From: Fistulifera solaris
Lineage: Eukaryota
Assembly (NCBI GenBank): GCA_030295235.1
Contig: AP026144.1
Location: forward strand, 682,001 to 746,000
DNA length: 64,000 nucleotides
Reading direction: 5' to 3'
Numbering within the stretch: position 1 is the first letter of the stretch; each line of letters starts with the position of its first letter. The notes beneath the pieces are model-generated. The model searched no databases. It was not told where the DNA came from and saw only the letters and a list, made by a program, of their open reading frames with translations. Below are positions 51,767 through 63,655 of the stretch, piece after piece. Made by a program: the position numbers and the translations under genes.

Positions 51767-51786
51767 TAGGGTTAGGGTTAGGGTTA
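51767..51786 (+). repeat. Interstitial telomere-like (TTAGGG)n tract
   Basis: TAGGGTTAGGGTTAGGGTTA read directly from the sequence. Confidence 0.85.
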
Positions 51787-51854
51787 TGTGAATTTAGAGC
51801 ATAAAACCAAACCTTTCTACAAAGTTAAACGCTTGCGATTAAAGCTTTTGTTCT

Positions 51855-54800
51855 TTAAGCTCGATAGAATTCTTTCACTCCTACAGCGAGTTTCTCGACT
51901 GTATCCTTTGCATCACCCAAAAGCATGTCGGTATTATCTTTTAGGAAAACCGGGTTGTCGACACCAGCATAACCAGCAGCAAGACTTCGCTTCATGACAA
52001 TGACCTGCCTTGCATCCCAAACACGTAACACTGGCATACCGGCAATCTGTGAATTCGGATCATCAATAGCAGCCGAGTTGACCGTGTCATTGGCTAAAAG
52101 AGTGGGAATAATCGAAAGCAAAAACACGTCAATGGGGTTGCAAAAGTGAAGCATTGAATGAGCTACAAAAACTTACCACCAATCACTAAGGCCACATCAG
52201 TGTCACGAAAGTCGTCATTGATTTCTTCCATTTCCTCAACAATATCGTAGGGTACACCGGCTTCGGCAAGCAAGACATTGAGCTGTCCCGGCATGCGCCC
52301 CGCAACAGGGTGGATCGCAAAGCGAACGTTCTTGCCATTCTTGCGCAAGACTTCGACCATCTCTTTGAGAGGATACTGTGCCTGAGCAACTGCTAAACCA
52401 TAGCCGGGAACGATGATGACGCTTTCGGACTCAGTGAGAAGGCGAACTGTGTCATCGACGCTTGTCAAAGTTGACTCGCCCTCAAATTTCATAGCTTCGC
52501 CACCCGCTGTCCCCTTTGTTCCATAACCGCCAAGAATGACACTAGTGATGTCCCGATTCATAGCATCACACATAATTTTGGTTAACGCCGCACCAGAGCA
52601 ACCAATCAAAGCACCAACTGTAGTCAGAATAGGCATATCGAGCATGAAACCTTCTGCACACAAAGCCCATCCAGAATAGCTGTTCAAGACAGTGATAACG
52701 ACAGGCATGTCTGCACCGCCAATAGACGCAGTCATGTGCCAACCCAATACACCTGATGTGGTTAATGCTGTAGACAACGCAGCCATTCCTGTGCCAACAC
52801 CTGGAGCTCCCATCAAAACAGCACCCGCTCCAAGTGTTGCCGCTCCCAGACCCATATTGATTTGATCACGAGCGGCAAGAGCAAGAGGCGCCGACGGTAG
52901 GCGACCGTCGAGTTTTCCGAACGCCACCAGAGACCCCGTGAATGTAACACTGCCAATCACAGTCGCTAGGTAAATACTTGCCAAGTGAACACCGTCCAAC
53001 TGAGTGGTATCCGGAGTGTTAAGATAGTCACCCACAGCAGCCGCACTAGCAGCCAAGCCCACCAGTGAATGGAACGCTGCCACTGTCTGCGGCAACGATG
53101 TGGGCTCGACCTTATGACCAATGCGATGTCCAGCAAGCGCACCTACACCCATCAAAGCTCCAATTCCAGCCGTAGTACCAAATCCAGGACTCAAGTGACC
53201 AATTGTAGAAGCGATGCCAAGAGCTACTCCAGCTTGTCCAGAAATAGCACCGAGTCGTGCCGTTTTCTGCGAAGCAAGACCTGCTATTCCGCCAATGCAT
53301 AGCAGACCAGCCAGCGTCGACGCCGCAGCGTCAAGCTCGGGAAATTTGCCAGACAAAGATCCAACGGAATAGGCAGCCAAAGCAGCGCCTGCCGGAACAC
53401 CGTAGAGGTGATAGTACTCAGGAGGATCGTCTGGTCGCTTGAACATGTCCAGCATTTTTGTTGTTACAATGAAACCACCTGAAAGAAAAGAAAATCGACA
53501 CCATATTCTTAGTTTTCAAACAGCAACTCGCGTATATCGCAGAGGTACACCACTCACCGACAATATTGACCGTTGAAAGCGTAGTCGCCATTGCAGCAAG
53601 AGCGGTTACGACTGGTCCGGTGCTATGAGCAAACAGATGCATGCCACCTAATGCAGTTGTTCCAGAAATGGCGTTTGTCACCGCCATGAGCGGAGAATGC
53701 AACGCGTGGGTGACACCCATTACGACTTGAACACCAATAACGTTGGACAACGCAAATGTAGTGAGCATGCTAGAGAAAGCAGCATCTGGTGCTATAGCGC
53801 CCATGCCGAGAAGAGCTGCCGCAGCATACCCCGACTGCTTTGCTCCAGCTATGTAGGGTGCTTTGTGGTCCACAACAATGTCTTGGGTAGTTTTTGCTTT
53901 TGCAGGAGACGGTGGCGGCGTTACAGGGGCCGGTGGGGGAACATCTTCAAGAGAGCAAATGGGCATTAGTTTCTGATTCACGGCGATGAGCAATTATCGT
54001 CAGCACTTACAAGTTTTCCGTTTTCTACTACCAGCATACCTCGAACTGCTTCATCATTGTGATCGATGAAATAATAGCCCAATTCTTTTGTCGTTTGCGG
54101 TCCAATACTTAGGAGGAACTTGGAGATATTGTTTGCGTACAGGTTGGATGATGTGGTCGACAAGCGACTCGGCAAATCCGTATAACCGATGCAAGTAACT
54201 CCATTGCTCGTCACAATTTTCTGATCTGGGATTGTTGTCTCGATGTTCCCGCCAGTTTCTGCAGCAAGATCGACCATCACAGAGCCATTCTTCATCCCTG
54301 CCACCATTTCTTTTGTAATCATGAGAGGAGCCCTTTTACCCGGAATCAAGGCCGTCGTGATAACAATGTCAACGTCGCTACATTGCCGGGTCAGAAGTTC
54401 TTGAGCAGCTTTATGCCATTCAGGTGACATTTCTTTCGCGTAACCTCCCGCACCTGATCCATCTTCTTCGTAGTCCACGAGTAAAAACTGAGCACCCATA
54501 GCTTCCACTTGTTCCTTTGTAACAGGTCGCACATCAAAGGCCCGAACAATCGCTCCCATATTCTTTGCCGTTTGAATGGCTGCTAAGCCGGCTACTCCCG
54601 CTCTGTGGTTAAGTATAGAAAAAGGCAAGCGTCAGACGACGTTTGAAAGGGAAGAAGTGCGAGAGCACAACGTGAACGTACCCAATGACCAACACTTTGG
54701 CCGGAGGAACCTTTCCGGCCGCCGTCATTTGTCCGGCAAAAAACGCCCAAATTCGTGACTTGCTTCGAGCACGGCACGATACCCGAAATGTTGGCTTGCG

Positions 54801-55402
54801 AAGACAACGCATCGTAGGTCTGTCCGCGACTGAGGGTACGAGGAATGCAATCCATAGCAAACGCGGTCGCTCCTTGGTCTTGAGTTGTTGCACGAGTGCT
54901 TCGTTCTGGCGAGGCCATAAAAACGAAACAATCGTACGATTCTCCAAGGCTTTGACCTGCTCCGGGGTGGGAGGTCTCAACTGCCGATAAACGAAACAAT
55001 GTTATCCATCGGCCAACCGAACGAAAAATATCGAAATGTTTTCAAAATGTCTTACCTTGAGAACAATGTCGGAATTTTTCCACACATCGTCAACGATGGT
55101 AGCACCCGCAGCTTGATAGGCTTCATCCGTAAAGTGTGCACCTTCTCCAGCACCCTTTTCGATCAAGACTTGAAAGCCAGGTTTCACCAGTCGACTCACC
55201 GACTCCGGGGATGCCGCGACTCGTCGCTCCAACGGAAAGGTTTCTCTCGCCACACCGACTTTCAAGTTTGTATAAGGAATTCCTTTCGGCTTTGCTTCTT
55301 CTTTCAAGGATGTACTCGTGAAGTATCGAAACGCCAAAAGGCAGCCGGCACCGTACGGTCTAGCACGCTCAGGCGTACGAGACGCCTAACCTGCAACACC
55401 AT
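51855..55402 (-). CDS. NNT: Proton-translocating NAD(P) transhydrogenase, alpha-beta fused, mitochondrial; introns 54981..55055, 54603..54681, 53945..54010, 53479..53557, 52094..52176; several frameshifts
   Basis: [101 protein letters not shown]. Confidence 0.95.
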
Positions 55403-55935
55403 CCTATATACAGTTGCCGCCAAAGATCACGGACGAGGCTCTTACAACCACTTCCCCCCTTCAAAGGCCTACTGACGAGAGGTTGTTGCTAAATCGCCAC
55501 TAACACAGTTTTACTGCCAAATTGAAAGATCCGATTTCATTCGACATGGGGGCGGCGAACTTTTGTCTTCGGGGCGCAAAGATCTTTTGCGATCGCTCAC
55601 AAAAGCAGAGAGCCGCCCTCACACTCTCCTTTTGTGTATTGCGGTTTCCGTTATCTTTCTGTTTCACTTCTATGGCGTATCGGTACCCCTCCTTTTATTT
55701 GCGGTACGTGCGGCATTGCTCCATCAGTATTACCTTGTACAACCCGTTCAAATGAAACACACTCGGCGATCCTTTCCTGTTGGAAAGAGTTCTTCGAAGA
55801 ACGCTTGTTTTCCTTTCCCGCAGCAATTTTCTTCGTACTCCAGCAGCACTCACAAATGACGAGCCATCCACAGCGGATGCCATCTTCTTCCGGGTATCAG
55901 TGTGAACCACGCTACGTCCTCATCTTTCTTCGAAC

Positions 55936-57566
55936 ATGGTCAACAGTACGCAAGGGAACGCCGAGTCCTTCGAAATGGGGATTCTGGCGTTTGGAACCTC
56001 CGTGACGGTGACGGATGAAGTGCGACGGTCCGTGGAAAAGGAGACGGAGGTACTCGAAGAATCGATCCAGCAATTGCGCTCCAAGATCAAAACCGAAGAA
56101 AAGGTGGGCGAGGAGCTTCGTCGCAGTCGCCTCAGCAGTGGAAAGGAAACGCGGGACATTTTGCAAGGCTCGACGGAAAATTTGAGCTCTCTCAATTTCA
56201 CCGTTGACTTTTTGCAAGAATTGCACAAATCATTCACCTTGGAGTTGATGGATACGACGGCCGAACCGAGCGCAGATGACACGACGAAACACTTGTACGG
56301 TATTGCAATGGTCGATATCCAGGCGGAGATGGCCGAGCAACAACGGGAACTCGATACGTTGCACGAGGAGGGACTGGCTCATGTCCAAAGTTTGTCTTCA
56401 GTGAAGGAGAAGAAAGTGGCCGTGACGGAGGAGATGGAGACCTTGAAACGTCGCATCGTCGAGGACAAGCTCGAAGAACAGAACACGGAATGGGACGCCA
56501 AGATTCGCCTCGCCAAGCACGAGTTCGATAATGAGATGAATCGCCAACGTTCTTTGATTGCTAACCTCGACGATGCGAAAAAGCAAAATGATGCTCTCGA
56601 ACAAGAAAAACGCAAACTGGTAAGTCTATTCTTGACAATCTGATCAAGTCGTCTCAAGATTCTAAAAAGTGTTTTGTAATTCGGGTTTGCAGTTGACTGA
56701 GCTTGATGAGAACACCGCTGCTTTGCAGTCAGAAGAGGAAGTTCGTGAAAAGCATCAGTCAGAGATGGAGAAAGAAAAAACTGGACAAACAGGTCGTCTT
56801 ACAGCGCTTGCATTCTGAGAGCTCCAGTAACGCATTGCGAATTGCTGAGCTCAAAGCGCATTTGGAAGAGGCAAAGAAGCTAGTCGATATTCGAGAACAA
56901 CTCAAAACGAAACGTGAGGCGGCTCGTGCAATGCGGTTGGAGTTGCACAATGAGAAGAAAACGCTCGAGATCGAGCTCGCGTCCAGTAAAGAACTCGCTG
57001 CAAAAGCCAAGGCAGAAGATCTTATGGTAGAGGACTCGTTGCAGGAAGTCGATTTGTTGCGTCAGCAGAATGACGAAACGCAGGCTAAACAGGTGTTGCC
57101 CGGTGAGCGTGAATACGAAAGTCTCCTTCAACAGGAACTTGAACTGAAGTCGTTGATCGGAGACGGTCAAAATGATTCAAGTTTCACCGACCTAAGGACT
57201 ACGATCGATAATCTACAGCAGCGACTTGATGATGTAAAGAAAGAATGCTCGGAGTATTCTGCCGAATTGGAGAAGAAAATGATGGAGAAGGACGAACTCG
57301 ACGCCAAAGCGGAAAGCCAGCAGAACTCAGCCTCCGCTGCAATCCAAGTCCTACAAGAAGAGCTTTCTACCATGAAAGAAGATAACACCAAGGTCGAAAA
57401 TTCCATCAATGGACTCCGCCGCAAGATTCATGACAAAAGTGGAGGGAAGGAGCTTGCCATGCTCAAACAAAAGCTCCGTATCTTCCAGTCAGGCGCTGAC
57501 TTGCTAAAGTCGACAGCCAAAAAGGAGAAGAGTATCCTCAACCACGATTCTGATCACTTCGACTAA
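55936..57566 (+). CDS. Coiled-coil hypothetical protein; intron about 56620..56691; 5' exon uncertain
   Basis: Two consecutive E/K/L-rich ORFs separated by GTAAGT...TTGCAG, plus a probable frameshift near 56765. Confidence 0.6.
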
Positions 57567-57941
57567 TCTACACCTACATCTCGGACGGTCTTTACTTGGT
57601 GGTGGTTGTTTGCAGAACTCTAGCAATTGTGACGTGCTTGGGCTATGTGCTGAAACCCTCGTTTGTGCCGATATCTGTATGTCCTATAGTCTCTAGTATG
57701 TCACCATAGCTGATAATTTCTAGTAATTTGTTGCTACACTACTGCTTTATTATGCTTAATTTATAATCCTTTGCTGAAATAGAAACCGAAAGAACTTAGT
57801 ATTAGTACCGGTACGGTACCGGTGCGGCTTCAAGACATCTATCGACGGCGCATATGTAAAAATTAGATTCATCATGCTGTTTAACCCTGTTGTCACAAAA
57901 GTGCCCTTCTTTTCCTAAATCGCTTTGGCTTTACCTCAAAG

Positions 57942-58701
57942 ATGTCAAGCGAATTGCATCCCGACCTAACCCTCGTCCAGAGCAAGGCGTTGCGCTTACT
58001 CTTTACGAAACTACGGGGTAAGAAAACGAAGACCTTTTTCCGAGCAATTCCTCCAAAGAATCCTCATTTCTCAATACCTTTCAACCTGTGAAACTTCAGA
58101 TAAAAACACTTCTCAGATCGACTTTGTTCGATACTCGAAACGGCTGATGCACTTGCTGGTGGAGGACACGCTGGTACGTCTACCAACAGTTGAAATAGAA
58201 AAACAAACACCAACCGGTTTGTTTCAAGGACTCGAATCCACGACAATTCCGTCCCAGACTTGCGTCGTTTCCATTATGCGGAGTGGTGATGCTTTACTGG
58301 AATCGTTCCGCGAAGTAGAGCCTGCCTTTAAAGTGGGAAAGATTTTGATTCAAAGGGACGAAGCCAGTGCTGACAAGACAGCACAGTTCTTTTATGAAAA
58401 AGTTCCTCCGGGCATCCACAAGATGAATGTTATTTTGTGTGATCCCATGGTGGCCACGGCTGGATCGGCCGTCGCTGCCTTGGATTTATTGTGTCAAGTG
58501 AAACACGTCGATCCGAGCCAAATTACGTTTGCGACTATTATATGTGCCACCGAAGGTTTGGGAGTACTGGCTCGAAAGTATCCTGGAGTCAAGATTGTCA
58601 CAGCTGCCATTGATGAAGGCTTGAATGATGAAAAGTTTATTTTACCCGGTCTGGGTGACTTTGGAGATCGATTCTATGGAACTTGGAAGCAAAGTAACTA
58701 G
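57942..58701 (+). CDS. UPRT: Uracil phosphoribosyltransferase; intron 58018..58099
   Basis: LFTKLR|DKNTS...FVRYSKRL, VSIMRSG, GKILIQRDE, DPMVATAGS (PRPP loop), ILPGLGDFGDRFYGT. Confidence 0.94.
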
Positions 58702-58744
58702 TAACTTAAGTTAATGACTTGTGTTATCTGCATTTCATTCCCTT

Positions 58745-59767
58745 TCATGCTTGACCCGTAATGTAAGGACTATTAGGGGAGGAAGGACGAAACACCGGTT
58801 GCAAACCCGTCTCAAATTGCTTCAACTCGTCGGAATCAATTCCGTAGCTTTCTCCGATAATCACACGCGCTTCTTTCGCCACCGTGCGGCAGGATTCTAC
58901 CATCATGGCAGCGGACTCACGATCGGTACCTCCGGATTGTTCGACCGTTCGAATTTGCAAAACGGCCATTTCCAACGCCTTGATGAATTGTTCTAAAGAT
59001 ACAAGAGTTGCTGCGTTCGTGTTTTTCAGTTCGAGCGTTTGACCGGCGGGCGTGGTAATCGTGTTTGCTTGGGGTGTCAAATAATGGCGGTATAAATTGG
59101 CACGGATGGAATCTTGTTGTGTACGGAGTAACTTGTTCAAGAGTGCCATGCCCGGATCAAGGTTCTTCTCTACTTCTTCCTGACATCGGGTATATATATG
59201 CTGCAGAACCTGTAATCGACTGGCTGCTCCCTCTTCTGCGGAAGGTTCGTCTTGCATCGCATCCTTCATATTGATCGTCATGACGTTGAAAAACGCAGCA
59301 TCGAGACGCCCGTCCCGAGCGGCTTTGCCAATCAGCGAATCTAATTTACGAACCTCTCCGGCATCCAGCAGCGATTTCAGTGTCTGTGTGGCCGTTTCTA
59401 GCTGTTCTTGCAATAAATGGTTGAGACCACGCGCCACTTGCTGCACCGAGTTATGATGATGTCCTTCGGCCTGTCGAAGCTTCAGCAGTAGTTTCGGTGA
59501 AAGTGTAGAGAGGGTCTCCAAAAGGACTTGCGAGAGAGGTTTATCGGCGGTAACTTGGGAATATATTTGTTCGACTGTAGCAATTTCTTCATCAGAAAAT
59601 GAAAGTGACGACTCCTTTGGTGACGAAGCGGATTGCCCGAGCTGATGGCGGGTGCGCCATGAACGTGATAAAACTCCAGTACGCCATGCCGTGGGTGTCA
59701 AAAGCCATGCTTCGACCGAAAAGAGGCTCAGTCCCAAAAGGTATAAAAGCAGTTCGGGACCTTTCAT
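58745..59767 (-). CDS. Hypothetical protein with bipartite plastid-type presequence
   Basis: MKGPELLLYLLGLSLFSVEA|WLL followed by an R/S/T-rich transit-like segment. Long open frame. Confidence 0.75.
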   Translation of the reverse strand: MKGPELLLYLLGLSLFSVEAWLLTPTAWRTGVLSRSWRTRHQLGQSASSPKESSLSFSDEEIATVEQIYSQVTADKPLSQVLLETLSTLSPKLLLKLRQAEGHHHNSVQQVARGLNHLLQEQLETATQTLKSLLDAGEVRKLDSLIGKAARDGRLDAAFFNVMTINMKDAMQDEPSAEEGAASRLQVLQHIYTRCQEEVEKNLDPGMALLNKLLRTQQDSIRANLYRHYLTPQANTITTPAGQTLELKNTNAATLVSLEQFIKALEMAVLQIRTVEQSGGTDRESAAMMVESCRTVAKEARVIIGESYGIDSDELKQFETGLQPVFRPSSPNSPYITGQA

Positions 59768-60538
59768 GTTTTTTCTGTTCGATAGGGATGTAGAATGATG
59801 CGTTTTGATGTCATGCCTTGTTTGTTTTGCATCGGACAACAAACAATGGCGCGAAAACACGTCACAAAAATTTACACTTTTCTACATGCAAGTGTTAACC
59901 AGTACGACTCCAACCGAAGAAACAAAGCCGAAAGTGATTCTTGATGCGTTGTTGTCGACCACAGCAAAAGTAATATCGCCTTTGATGTCTTCGCGTCTTC
60001 GCGTATCACGCAATGAGTCACACAATCATCTTCTCATCATGATTTATCTCGCATTCATGTCAGCGACGACATTTATTGAAAGACATGGAGAGATGTTGTT
60101 ACCGTCGCAAAAACTCATCGTAAATTATCTGCCCTTTCATCCATTTCTTGACGAAATACATACACATTACATCATCGTCAGTCGTTATCGTCATGGGTGA
60201 GCTCATTGAATGAGATGTATCCATCACTTGAGGATCGTACAACGGTTATCATCATGGTGCGGCGGGAGAAACGCGGCTGCGAAAACCGGCACGGCGGTCC
60301 GTTTTTTTCATTTGGCGTTAAGGTCAAAGGTTTGGTGGTCCACTATAAGACGATGTTGTAGGAAACAAACGTGACTCAGAAAAAAACGGCACTTTGAAAA
60401 ACCGTTCCCGGCGTTTCGCTCACAAAAGAAAACTGCGCGACAAAAACAAAAACAAAACAACAACATGCCACTTTTTGATTACAATTTCAGGCTCACAAAA
60501 ATCAAATCGATTCATTTCGCATTAACTCATCAAGCATC

Positions 60539-60952
60539 ATGGTCTTCCACTTGTTCTCGTTGAATCCTCACAAGCGACCTCATCAAGAGCGCTCGCCGAT
60601 CGAATTGTATGCAGTGATCCAAGCGATTGACCAGGAGGATCCTCATCTTCTTCATGCAATGGCACCCCCTATCAAGCTCAACAGAGCCTTGTATACGATC
60701 GAGGAGCATGATATGGGTGAAATTCTTGGCGCACCTCGTGTGACGATTCGAAAGCGACACAAGAAGGAGGATCCCATCGTCCAGACGACTCCTACCCTCC
60801 AAGTTGCAATCAGCACAAAGCGACACCATCGTCGTTCCAAGGCCATGGATGAGGATGATTTTTCCAAGATTACCATGGTGTGTGAAGATCTTCACCACCC
60901 TCAGGCACGGGTTAATAAGCGAAGTCCGGCTGTTTGGAATCACTCATTCTGA
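60539..60952 (+). CDS. Small hypothetical protein, paralogue of 61669..62058
   Basis: 137 aa ATG ORF. RHHRRSKAMDEDDFSKI motif and upstream block shared with the next gene. Confidence 0.6.
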   Translation: MVFHLFSLNPHKRPHQERSPIELYAVIQAIDQEDPHLLHAMAPPIKLNRALYTIEEHDMGEILGAPRVTIRKRHKKEDPIVQTTPTLQVAISTKRHHRRSKAMDEDDFSKITMVCEDLHHPQARVNKRSPAVWNHSF

Positions 60953-61668
60953 TCGCATCTGATCTAGCATAGCTTCCGGTTAACCGGTGCAAAGATGCCT
61001 TAAAAATAAAACGAAACTTAAATTATGAGCTTCTTCTTAGACGAGTGATAGTCCATCACGTCCGAAAGGCGCAATGCGAGCTGATTCAGGTCTGGAAATG
61101 TAGAAAACGCTCCAGTGACTAAACGAGATTTGTGAAAAAGGCGGCCTGATTATGATAGTGCTTCAACTTTGATTACATTAGTAGTTCTTCTCAAATATAT
61201 TTCCAAACTTTGAGGTGCATTTCAGCGTTCAAATTCTCTTATGAACAGCCGTCTAGGACGAGAGCGTACCACTTTCGTATTCTTATCGTTAGAAAGAGAG
61301 CTCTCAGATAACATCGTCCATTTACTTTATACGACTTTATTTGCGGCGCCTTGTTTTCGTTTTGCATGAAAACCTTAGGTACCGGTACCGTACCAGGTAC
61401 TTGGACACATTGCGATTTACTTGAGTAGCAGTACGATTCGACATGAGACTTTATCTGCAAAAGTTGACACACTGCGCGCCGGCTGACGCTCGAAAACGAC
61501 AAGACTTGGAAATGAAAACTGTCCCGCTCGTCTCCGCGGAAACGGACGAAAACCGCACAGTTTCCACGAAAGAAAACTGCTGAGGAAAAAATGAACATCT
61601 CATCACAATTTCAAGCTCACAAAAACAAATCGATTCACTTTATATTCGATACATTCGTTAAAACCACC

Positions 61669-62058
61669 ATGATTTACCCCTTGATCTCTTCGGCTGGCGC
61701 AAACAAGCAGAGTCCTGACAAGCTTTCGTTGGTAGACTCTTCGATCACCATCGACAACAAGGAGAACAGCATCAAGATTTCTCGTCATCGTCGACGTTCA
61801 AGCAAGCAAAGCCACGACTTTTCTACCGTCATGTCCACCAATATGGGAGATAATATCTTTGAGCTCAATGCTGCTCTTCGCTTGGAAGAGGAAAAAGGCA
61901 AGCCCATGGAGAAACAATCTCATAGACGAACCCATGCCACCGACTGGAGTGGGCTCAGTTGCATTTCTCAACACCGTCGCTCCTTGGCCATGTCAAAGGA
62001 GGAGTTTGTGGAGATCTTGGACATAGTCGGCGATGATCTTCTGAGCTCTTGTCTATGA
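61669..62058 (+). CDS. Small hypothetical protein, paralogue of 60539..60952
   Basis: ACCACCATG start context and QHRRSLAMSKEEFVEI motif. Confidence 0.6.
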   Translation: MIYPLISSAGANKQSPDKLSLVDSSITIDNKENSIKISRHRRRSSKQSHDFSTVMSTNMGDNIFELNAALRLEEEKGKPMEKQSHRRTHATDWSGLSCISQHRRSLAMSKEEFVEILDIVGDDLLSSCL

Positions 62059-62233
62059 GATACGGACAAGACCCACGTTCACGATGGGGCACTATATCTC
62101 TAGAGAATGCAAATAAAAACGTTAATACACAAGATAAAAGCATTTTACTGTAAGTAGATTCGCATTAGTATCAAAAGCTTTAGAGAGAGCACTCACGCTT
62201 GACCTCTAGAAATTCATTCGAGGAGAAGTACAT

Positions 62234-63083
62234 TCATTCAAAGCTCTTATCCTCTTGTGGTAATTGAGCATGAAGAAACTTCTTTTGCAGTGAATCTGCC
62301 CAGAAGCGAACTATGATGAGTCGAATGACTCGCCGATCCGAAGCAAAGCCCGCACTGGCTTTGCCCAAGACCTTTCCCCCCTTCGTCCACTTCACCTTGG
62401 TCATGATTGTCGTCTTGGCTCTCTTTGGATGTCTTGCTAAAGCGCTGCAGCAATTTAGGTCCACCGAGAGATTTCATGCGGTTAAGCCAGATCTGTAAAA
62501 CTTCCTTTGAAATGATTCCATCGGACACTATATTTTGTATCGTAAAACCGCCCTGCCTCATAAATGCTAAACTCTTTTCAAAGTCAATTTCGTCGGACCC
62601 TCTCCCATCATCAGGATAACCAGTCATATCGAAGAAAGCTACTTGCTCGACAACAGCACAGAGGACTACCCCGAATGCGGAGTGAATGTTATACTTCTGT
62701 CGAACCTCGTCCATAATTTCGTTTCTTGCTAGCTGAAAATGCCGTCTCCAGAAAGAAGCGCCTTGATCATGACACCATTGTACAAATTCCTCTTCGTGCG
62801 TGTCCCAAAACTCTTTGTAAGAAGACATGTCTGCTTTTAACTTTTGTCGCAACCGCACCCTGTCCGACCAAACTTGATCACGGAGATCAGGAGGCCAGGG
62901 ACTGTCATCGAGGGCCTTAATTTCCGCGTTCGCTTGATCTGTCTCCAAATCGGTCAAGGCCGTGATGAGATCGGCAGTGCCATTAGGAAGAAAATGCACA
63001 AAACCGCAACAAGCACACGATCCACCGGATACATAATCAAACAAGACACGATCGGTCAACCATTCGTCAGTGTATCGAGGCAT
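62234..63083 (-). CDS. Hypothetical protein with N-terminal CxCC motif; frameshift near 62375
   Basis: MPRYTDEW...SGGSCACCGF. The corrected C-terminus GFASDRRVIRLIIVRFWAD comes from the overlapping ORF 62234..62464. Confidence 0.65.
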
Positions 63084-63655
63084 CACAGAAATTTCTATCG
63101 TTCGCGCTTTCTTATCATTCGTTTCCGGCTGTCTTCTCACTCAAGTGGACTGGAAGGTAGGATATCAAAGATTCGTCGAACAAAGTGAGTTGCTGAGCAA
63201 AGTTGCGCAAAAATTTGCAATTTCTTCGCGCATCTCCATCACTTTGATCTCCGACTCCAACGGCCCGCTGTTTTTGCGGTGACCAAAACGCAACTTGAAA
63301 GAAATTAAAAGGGAGAAAATATGATACTACTTCATAAGTTATAGTTTCGAGGGTTTTCCTTTCACAAAGCCAATTTCCTAATAGTAGTAATTCACTATAG
63401 ACTATGCAGTATAATGAACTTTTCGTGTCTTTTATCTATAAAACGTGAAATCGCGGGGCGTCCTCGTCCACCCTGAAATATATTTTCGAACGGACGGCTC
63501 AACGCGACTTTTACACGTTTGTTTGGAAATATTTCATTTTGCTTCACAAACTCCACCCTCCAACTGCGACAGATCGATGCAATCGCAACGAAGCAACCTC
63601 TGTTCTGACTCATATCGTCTACAATTGTACATTACAGCATCGATACCGCAACACC

